From sequence record OM728297.1: 64,000 nucleotides of DNA; one strand, given 5' to 3'. The notes under the pieces are model-generated. The model was not told the origin of the DNA. It saw only the letters and a list, made by a program, of their open reading frames with translations, and ran no database searches. Shown piece after piece: positions 57,261-64,000 of this stretch. Position numbers and translations under genes: made by a program. Within the stretch, counting starts at the first letter, position 1. Every line of letters starts with the position of its first letter.

Positions 57261-59813
57261 TCACTCCTTGATATCGTCCCTTATTGTATAATAAACCTTA
57301 TTTCCATCTTTATCAGTTATAGTAGCTTTTATTGATACATCATAGTGGCTACTTCCAATTCTTTTAACATTGGTTGAATCTACATTTATTATAGGGGTAT
57401 TATTCTTAATCATTTCAAATGGTAAACCATTTATATTAGGATAGAAGGATGTCCACGTTTCTGAGGGCGTAGAAAGTCTAATCCTAAAGAAATAATTACC
57501 TTCATCATAATCATCAAATTTGATACTCTCTAAGTATTCTCTATATTCTCTTTGATTTCCAACACTTATTTCTTTTCCTGCACCCTCTAAATTACCTTCA
57601 TTGTCAAGTATTTCAACCTGCATTATAATTGGAATATTCGTGAAATTTCTAAATAACCAATAAAAATTATCATAATCTCTATATAAATTTTGAATATCAA
57701 AAAGATTGATAATTTCAGTTCTAGTATTTAATGCATCTCCTTCATCTAATGCATCCATATAAACTATTAATCTAGGTGATAATAACTGTGACACATTGTA
57801 ACCATAATTTATAGAAAAATCTAAAGGTGTTTTTTGAAAATCATTATCAAGTAATTTATTACCATATTGATCTTTTGCAGTTAATTTAACGAGATCTTCG
57901 TCAATATCTGTAACAGTTCCATTAATTGAAAGACCAAATTTATTATCTTCCTCTTTTTTTAGCTCTATCGAATGTACTTCAATTTCTGGTTTATTATTCT
58001 TTAATGCTGAAAATGCATATCCCTTTTCATTTGGATAATACGTAGTCCAGTCCTCATGTTCAGAATAAATCTTTAAACGATAACGATAGGAGCCTTCAGG
58101 AAGTTTTGGATATAGTCGTTGTTCAACAAATCTTGGTCTCACAGTACTTCCGATAGTTTGATAGTCACTCTCTCTATAGACGATATAATCTTCTTCAGTT
58201 GTTTCTTCATTTTCTTTTAATATTTCAATGGAAAATTTTAAATTTTGAATTGAATAATTATCTACATACCATGAGAATATATGACCTTTATCTTGTTTTA
58301 ATCCGTTAATTTGAAATGCAGGTGCTAAAACAGTTTGAATATTTTCTCCATTGTTATCATCTTGTATGGCTAGAGTAATATTAACATGTGTTCTATCTAT
58401 TATATTATATACGGCTTTTATATCTAAATCATATGGTGTATCAATAAAATCTCTTGCTTTTCGTATAATATTACCATCTTCATCAGATATGGTGAATAAG
58501 AATTGATCATTCTCTGGATCATCTTTAATATTTGCTTTTAGTAATAAATATTTTATATTATCTAAATCTCGGTATATACGGCATTCATTAATAGTAACTA
58601 TGGGGTCTTTATGTTTTCTTACTGTAAATTGAATGCCATCTTCTAATCTTCTATCAAATGGATAGTATTCTTCCCAATCCTCTTCATCACACCATACTTT
58701 TAGGTGGTATTTATAGTAATCTCTATCAAGAATGAATTTAGTTTCATCTTCTAAGTCAATATAATTATTACTATTTCTATATCTAATAACCTGACCAGAT
58801 TTAATAATTTTACCATCAAAATCAGTTACTTCTACTTGCATTGCTATACTTTTGTTTGAGTAATTTCGAAATTTCCATTTAAACATATTTCTTTCACGAT
58901 AAAAATCATATAGATCATAAAGCTTAATAGTATCTTGTTGTTGACTTTTACCGTATAATTTATCATTAACATCAACTGTTAGAGTGAGTTTACTTACATT
59001 AAAATAACTAAATGGATATTCATAATAGAGATGCTCTAATTTTGGACTATAAGTATAGCTTCTTAGATTAACAATAGAACTCCCAATATTATCAGTTATC
59101 GTATAGATTATATCGTCTTCTTCATCATCACTAATCAATATTCTTGATGATAAAACAAAATGATCAGTTTCTCTTCTTATCTTGGTATCCTTTATCCTCA
59201 ACCGAGGATTAGTATTATCTCTTAATGTTAATTTAAGACCAGATTCACTAGGATAAAACCTATTCCAATTTTCTTCTTTACTATAATATTTTACTCTATA
59301 GTAATATTCACCTTCGGATGTATTTAAAAGATCATTACATACATACTTGTATAGTGTATAATCAATACCATAAATTTTTTTATACTCATTACTATTATAA
59401 ATTATTTCACCTTCATTATTCAATACTTGAATAATTGAATAAATAGGAACCGTAGAGAAATTCCTTACACTCCATTGGAATTCCTCTACAGCTGATCTTG
59501 AAAGATTTTCTATATTAAATGTATCAATTTTTTTAGATACAGAGGATGTTGCACCACTCTCATCTTCCATATATAAAATAAATTCAGTTTCAGTTCCTTG
59601 AAAATAATCCTTACTAATATAAAAAAATTTAGAGATATTGATTGGAGTAGCTACAAAGTTATCTATTCCATCTAGCACATTTCCTTTTTCATCTAAAATC
59701 TTAAATTTAACAGGATAGCCAGAATCATTGATAATTTCAGCAATAATTTGAACACTAATTGAATCTAAAGAACTCTTATTTAATGAAATACTCTTTAGAG
59801 TAGCATTCAACAT
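57261..59813 (-). CDS. Tail/baseplate structural protein with four complete and one partial ~195-aa two-domain repeats
   Basis: Recurring P.I....(I)...D.D.D.....TD..G and F.W...N.S....MQVEI.D..G...YYYR....S..E.W...YP. Confidence 0.6.
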   Translation of the reverse strand: MLNATLKSISLNKSSLDSISVQIIAEIINDSGYPVKFKILDEKGNVLDGIDNFVATPINISKFFYISKDYFQGTETEFILYMEDESGATSSVSKKIDTFNIENLSRSAVEEFQWSVRNFSTVPIYSIIQVLNNEGEIIYNSNEYKKIYGIDYTLYKYVCNDLLNTSEGEYYYRVKYYSKEENWNRFYPSESGLKLTLRDNTNPRLRIKDTKIRRETDHFVLSSRILISDDEEDDIIYTITDNIGSSIVNLRSYTYSPKLEHLYYEYPFSYFNVSKLTLTVDVNDKLYGKSQQQDTIKLYDLYDFYRERNMFKWKFRNYSNKSIAMQVEVTDFDGKIIKSGQVIRYRNSNNYIDLEDETKFILDRDYYKYHLKVWCDEEDWEEYYPFDRRLEDGIQFTVRKHKDPIVTINECRIYRDLDNIKYLLLKANIKDDPENDQFLFTISDEDGNIIRKARDFIDTPYDLDIKAVYNIIDRTHVNITLAIQDDNNGENIQTVLAPAFQINGLKQDKGHIFSWYVDNYSIQNLKFSIEILKENEETTEEDYIVYRESDYQTIGSTVRPRFVEQRLYPKLPEGSYRYRLKIYSEHEDWTTYYPNEKGYAFSALKNNKPEIEVHSIELKKEEDNKFGLSINGTVTDIDEDLVKLTAKDQYGNKLLDNDFQKTPLDFSINYGYNVSQLLSPRLIVYMDALDEGDALNTRTEIINLFDIQNLYRDYDNFYWLFRNFTNIPIIMQVEILDNEGNLEGAGKEISVGNQREYREYLESIKFDDYDEGNYFFRIRLSTPSETWTSFYPNINGLPFEMIKNNTPIINVDSTNVKRIGSSHYDVSIKATITDKDGNKVYYTIRDDIKE

Positions 59814-59829
59814 TCCAAATCACCTCTCT

Positions 59830-60762
59830 TTATTTTAGTAGTTTACTAAATTCTGTATAAATACTATTAATAAATTTTCCAGCAACACTTTCAATAATAT
59901 AATCTTTGGAGATATTACCATTTACTACAGCTCCAAAAATAGTTGAAAGGAAAGAAGGAAGATAGTCCAAGCCTAATAATGTAGTCTCACCATACATTCT
60001 TGCCCAGTTCTCTACAAAACTTCTAACATTTAAATCTTTCATTCCTTTGATATCTCTTAAATTATCAAATAATTTAAAAATATCTTCATACGCATTATTA
60101 TCAAAACGCATTTCTTCCTCTTTAATAAGTTTAAGAGATGACTTATTAAAACAAGCATGATAAGCAATATTATCTACAGTATCATTATTAGTTTTTCCAC
60201 ATAAATTAATAAGGAAGAATTTAGCTAAAAAGAAGTTAATGAGATCTAATTTATAATCATCAATATTAATAGCAAATAGTTTATCCATTACTTTACCAAC
60301 TAGTTTTGAATAGACAATTGCTCCATTTTTAAGGATTGTCATATTGTTAGTAAAACGATTCCAGTTGTTGACTAATTCTAACAATATAGTTCCATTCTGC
60401 ATAAGGTTAAAAAGTGTTTTTGGGTAGATATCATACATTCCTGTTGTTTTATTCACAGTTGAATAATAACCAATGTCAACTAAAGCAACAATTTTTCCAC
60501 CTTCAACTTTACCAAAGGTACTTAGATATTTTGGTAATTTAATAGTTGGATTATTGATAAGAATGATATCTCCTTTATTTACATATTGCATAGTCTTTCC
60601 TTTAGTTGGAAAAGTAATTCTTCGACTAATAATGTTTAATGATTCATCTAATTTAGTTATATCCACTCTATCTCTAGACACATGAATATTTTTAATACTT
60701 TTTACAACACTTTCATTGGCAACTACTTGTCTAAACAGCGCACTATCAGTAATTTTTTTCAT
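59830..60762 (-). CDS. Hypothetical late protein, first gene of tail operon
   Basis: 310 aa, RBS AGGAGG, late promoter 60788-60799. Confidence 0.6.
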   Translation of the reverse strand: MKKITDSALFRQVVANESVVKSIKNIHVSRDRVDITKLDESLNIISRRITFPTKGKTMQYVNKGDIILINNPTIKLPKYLSTFGKVEGGKIVALVDIGYYSTVNKTTGMYDIYPKTLFNLMQNGTILLELVNNWNRFTNNMTILKNGAIVYSKLVGKVMDKLFAINIDDYKLDLINFFLAKFFLINLCGKTNNDTVDNIAYHACFNKSSLKLIKEEEMRFDNNAYEDIFKLFDNLRDIKGMKDLNVRSFVENWARMYGETTLLGLDYLPSFLSTIFGAVVNGNISKDYIIESVAGKFINSIYTEFSKLLK

Positions 60763-60823
60763 ATTAATCCTCCTAAATTAAGTATCTTATTTATTTGTTC
60801 AGGATTACCATAATATATTCATG

Positions 60824-61201
60824 TTATGATAATAATGATGAAAGTAACCCTTTTTTAGTTTCAGTATTATAAATATTTGTATTTATTTTTTCACTGCTAT
60901 TGCTTACACCACTGTTATTACTTACATATCTTATGAAAACATGGTATGTAATGCATCCAGCTCGTAATAATACTGAATCCAAATAACGATATTTAGAAAC
61001 ATCAATATCAATATTTTCCTCATCACTATATAATTTTACTTCTATTTCCTCTAATTTATCCTCATTGGGATTAACTAATGCAAATAAGGCTATATTATCC
61101 TGTTGACTCTTTACAGATACTATATCACAGTTTTTTGGCATCAATACTATTTGTTCACTTTGAAGATATATTGGAAATCGTCTAATTTGCTTTGTAGACA
61201 T
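60824..61201 (-). CDS. Conserved phage protein (DUF7352-like, from memory)
   Basis: IRRFPI...QIVLMPKNCDIVSV..Q...LFALVNP...ITYHVF. Confidence 0.5.
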   Translation of the reverse strand: MSTKQIRRFPIYLQSEQIVLMPKNCDIVSVKSQQDNIALFALVNPNEDKLEEIEVKLYSDEENIDIDVSKYRYLDSVLLRAGCITYHVFIRYVSNNSGVSNSSEKINTNIYNTETKKGLLSSLLS

Positions 61202-61272
61202 AATAAACCACCGTCCTATTCTATATCTATAGCTATTTGTTTTGGAAAAAATAGAAAAAAAAATAAGGGCTA

Positions 61273-61458
61273 TTAAGCCCCTTTATTCATAGTTAAACCA
61301 GTAATTGCATCTGGTTTAACTATGAATTTTCTTCCTTTCTTATCACATAAAGCAATAAGATTTCCATAAATATCCATAATTTCTGCGTCAACATATTCTT
61401 GATGAAATCCTTTAATTACATGGATTACCACCCACTGTCCAATTTTATAATTATTCAT
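61273..61458 (-). CDS. Small SH3/KOW-like protein
   Basis: YKIGQWVVI, beta-hairpin pattern. Confidence 0.45.
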   Translation of the reverse strand: MNNYKIGQWVVIHVIKGFHQEYVDAEIMDIYGNLIALCDKKGRKFIVKPDAITGLTMNKGA

Positions 61459-61549
61459 AATTCAGCACCATCCTAATTTTTATTTTTTACTATTCGTATT
61501 CGATTGAAATTTTAAATACCTTAATCATTTAGTAATGTCCTCCTAAAGA

Positions 61550-61990
61550 TTAACTTATTTCATCTATTATATCCCTCGTCTTAAATACAGATTTTTCAAT
61601 GGCAATTAAATCATTTATATATCTATTTGGTAATAGTTTTGATGAAATTATTTTATATAGCTTTCTGGCATCAGCTATACCTATAAGTTCATTGTAATCC
61701 TGTATTTTAGAATATATACCTAGATTAAAACTTTTCATAAGACTCTTACCTTCTACTGGTATATAAATCTTTCTATTTTCTTTATTGTTTTCATACTCAA
61801 TTAATACGTTATCTGATGAATTTATACACATTGAAATAATGGTATTACGTCTAAGATTACTAATATTCTTTTGTATGGTATCATCAGTAACAAGTATCAC
61901 TTTTCTTATTCCATCTCTTTCAGTCAACATATATGGAATATGACTCAACATAGAATTAAGCCTGTGACTGAAGGATACCTTTTTCATCAT
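61550..61990 (-). CDS. Hypothetical protein
   Basis: 146 aa, RBS GAGGA. Confidence 0.55.
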   Translation of the reverse strand: MMKKVSFSHRLNSMLSHIPYMLTERDGIRKVILVTDDTIQKNISNLRRNTIISMCINSSDNVLIEYENNKENRKIYIPVEGKSLMKSFNLGIYSKIQDYNELIGIADARKLYKIISSKLLPNRYINDLIAIEKSVFKTRDIIDEIS

Positions 61991-62357
61991 TGGTAAGTAA
62001 ATCCTCCACTACATCCTTTATAGTTGTATAGAATAGATTTCTTCCTTTTGGTAATAGCAATTTACTGTCAATTATAGTATTTTCATGATTTAAATCAATA
62101 GTTAAAGCCTCTCTATAATCAAGAGGCTTTTCAATTATTGTGGTATAACATGCAAGATCTAAATAATCCGCATTACAGACTTTTATTGGCATATATAAAC
62201 TAATATTATTAACTGAATATCTAATCATTAAATTACTGGAAGTCTTTACAAGCCTGTAAGAAGGAAGATTTAAAATCAATACATCTTTTAGGTCTTTCCA
62301 GTTATTTCTTAATCCAAGAATAAACTGGTCATTGAACAGTTGAACAAGTATATTCAT
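61956..62357 (-). CDS. Hypothetical protein
   Basis: 133 aa, RBS GAAAGGAAGG. Confidence 0.55.
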   Translation of the reverse strand: MNILVQLFNDQFILGLRNNWKDLKDVLILNLPSYRLVKTSSNLMIRYSVNNISLYMPIKVCNADYLDLACYTTIIEKPLDYREALTIDLNHENTIIDSKLLLPKGRNLFYTTIKDVVEDLLTNDEKGILQSQA

Positions 62358-62385
62358 CTTAAATTTCCTTCCTTTCTTTAGATTT

Positions 62386-62781
62386 TTATTCTAAATGTTG
62401 AAAATACTTTTTTACTATGGTATTTGCAAATGATTCAATTCTATTTTTTGCAAATGATTCAGTGAGAGAATTAGTATTAAATATAATACTCTCTCCTTCA
62501 ACCATTTGTGTCCATTCAATAGGATTTTTTGCAATTGGGGCACTAACCATTCTATCATAATAATTTATATTTTGACTGTTAGGACTAGTTATTCGAATAG
62601 GTATAAATATTAAACCTCTTCCCTCCGTAGAATGACTAATCATAATAGAACTAATTCTACCAGCAGTAAAATGACCTCCGGGAATAGTTTGAAAAACATC
62701 TTCCATTAGTTCTTTACTAATTTCTACTGTTACAGCACTTTGGATATCCCCATTAGTATAAGTTAATTTTCTCTTTAGCAT
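62386..62781 (-). CDS. Hypothetical protein
   Basis: 131 aa, RBS GAGGAG. Confidence 0.55.
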   Translation of the reverse strand: MLKRKLTYTNGDIQSAVTVEISKELMEDVFQTIPGGHFTAGRISSIMISHSTEGRGLIFIPIRITSPNSQNINYYDRMVSAPIAKNPIEWTQMVEGESIIFNTNSLTESFAKNRIESFANTIVKKYFQHLE

Positions 62782-62793
62782 TATTATTTCTCC

Positions 62794-63468
62794 TCACGAC
62801 ATAAATGTATTTACAATAAATTCTCTTAAACTGTCATCCTTTTTATGTGTCTGCCTTTTGATATAAGATACAATATAATCTAAGGCTTCTGTTGCAGTAA
62901 TTTCTTTTATAACTCCACCTGTATTTAAACAGAAAGAATTTTCTTCAATTCTAAGACTAGATTTAGGGATTAGCTCATCTCCTCTGTGAACAACTTCTAC
63001 TATGATTTCTTCTCCTTTTTGAAGGGATTCAATAATAGAGGTTACATCATGAATCTTTTTAAATTTCTTCCAGAATCGTCTACGTTCAATTTTGATAATT
63101 TCTTTTCTTACTCTTTTGAAGAAGTCAGATTTGGAAATAACGATGAGGGTTTTACCAAATATGTCCTCTAGATCTTTATTACTAACACTCTTTTGATTTA
63201 ATCCTAGAGCTTGGTAAAACTTACTTTCGGGGAGAGACATTGGTTTACCATTTTTTAACGTTGTAATAGAAAATGTATTTTCTTCTCCTTTATTATTAAT
63301 TACATAATATGCATCTCTAAATTTTTCTTTACTAATTAGATCAAAGAATGCAAGACTCTTTTCACGATATTTTTGATCAAAAACATTTTCATTAACGCTA
63401 ATTACCTTCACCTTTTCAACAATCCTTTCAGTTTTCAAAATGAAGGAGATAAAGAATATCTCCTTCAT
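62794..63468 (-). CDS. Hypothetical protein
   Basis: 224 aa, RBS GGGAGG. Confidence 0.55.
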   Translation of the reverse strand: MKEIFFISFILKTERIVEKVKVISVNENVFDQKYREKSLAFFDLISKEKFRDAYYVINNKGEENTFSITTLKNGKPMSLPESKFYQALGLNQKSVSNKDLEDIFGKTLIVISKSDFFKRVRKEIIKIERRRFWKKFKKIHDVTSIIESLQKGEEIIVEVVHRGDELIPKSSLRIEENSFCLNTGGVIKEITATEALDYIVSYIKRQTHKKDDSLREFIVNTFMS

Positions 63469-63489
63469 CCTCCCTATTTATATTAAATA

Positions 63490-63999
63490 TTACTTTTCAG
63501 CTTTTTCCTTTTCTTTTTTCTTATTCTTACCTTCAGTCTTTTCTTTTTTCTTATTCTTACCTTCAGTCTTTTCTTTCTTTGTTGTTTTTGTTTCTTTATC
63601 TTTACTTGCAATTTCTTCATAAAATGGTTTTTTATTTTCTTTACTAGAAGCAATTTCTTTTGCCTTATCAGCATTAGATTTCTTGTCAGATTTTTTATCT
63701 TCTTTTAATGCTTCTAAAGTTTCCTCAGCTTTTTCAAGTAATTCTTCCGTCTCTCCAACTTCTTCATCAAAGAAACTATTCATTTCTTCTTCACTAACTT
63801 CAATGTCTTCCTCATCTTCAATTTCAATATTAGATTGAAAGTTAATTTCCTCATCTTCATTTATTTTAACAGTATCACGTACCAATGTCTCTCTATTAGG
63901 GTCAATAGCTTCTCTCATACCAACATTTTGGGAAGAATATACGCCATTATCCTTTTCAAATCTTTCCGTTTCTGGTAGATGTACTTTCATTTCAGATTC
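63490..63999 (-). CDS. Probably 5'-truncated protein with acidic region and Lys-rich tail
   Basis: Frame open to window edge with no RBS before ATG 63990. Confidence 0.5.
   Translation of the reverse strand, partial: ESEMKVHLPETERFEKDNGVYSSQNVGMREAIDPNRETLVRDTVKINEDEEINFQSNIEIEDEEDIEVSEEEMNSFFDEEVGETEELLEKAEETLEALKEDKKSDKKSNADKAKEIASSKENKKPFYEEIASKDKETKTTKKEKTEGKNKKKEKTEGKNKKKEKEKAEK
63511..63570. repeat. Perfect 30-bp tandem duplication in coding sequence
   Basis: TTCTTTTTTCTTATTCTTACCTTCAGTCTT x2, encoding KTEGKNKKKE. Confidence 0.9.
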
Positions 64000-64000
64000 A

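Noticed and set aside
63511-63570. 30-bp tandem repeat as a regulatory array
   Set aside because: Two copies, in frame within a low-complexity coding tail
2864-63674. About 35 short ORFs antisense to or nested in long genes (e.g. 2864-3223, 17440-17907, 52386-52823)
   Set aside because: No RBS, Ser/Leu/Phe/Ile-rich shadow composition, fully overlapping better-supported genes
1-64000. Uracil-DNA glycosylase inhibitor (ugi), dUTPase or thymidylate synthase
   Set aside because: No ORF with the remembered Ugi sequence or these enzyme motifs in this window
1-64000. Alternative genetic code / stop-codon reassignment
   Set aside because: Standard code 11 gives dense, full-length genes using all three stops

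Overview
A very AT-rich, gene-dense 64 kb segment of a phiKZ-related Bacillus jumbo myophage of the AR9/PBS1 group. The 464-aa ORF at 11977-13371 and the 426-aa ORF at 41393-42673 match, from memory, AR9 non-virion RNA polymerase subunits gp226 and gp270, and the neighbouring chaperonin and gene order fit AR9. These phages carry uracil instead of thymine in virion DNA; this is inferred from the identification and is not visible in the sequence. The window holds head proteins with acidic propeptides, baseplate and tail-fibre genes, class Ib RNR (nrdIEF), dCMP deaminase, primase, RNase HI, a guanylate-kinase-like enzyme, a GroEL-like chaperonin, beta'-like subunits of both phage RNA polymerases, a holin, tRNA-Asn and clusters of small unknown early genes. 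An early-promoter 13-mer (AAATATATATTAT, 8 copies) and late-promoter motifs (AACA-N6-TR) explain the transcription layout. The best leads are: (1) a 257-nt, late-promoter-driven structured non-coding RNA (25555-25811) ending in a tRNA-like T-arm/acceptor minihelix with encoded CCA, in an 'RNA island' between a degenerate HNH gene and tRNA-Asn; (2) two tail genes split in the middle of a repeat domain (57241-57300); (3) an amidase-fold protein lacking all zinc ligands at the end of the fibre operon; (4) strong avoidance of GCWGC at Ala-Ala codon pairs; (5) a likely programmed frameshift after the baseplate-hub gene; (6) an orphan MqsA-like antitoxin; (7) three fibre-operon proteins sharing one module. 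All annotation is by eye and from memory; no database searches or folding programs were run.
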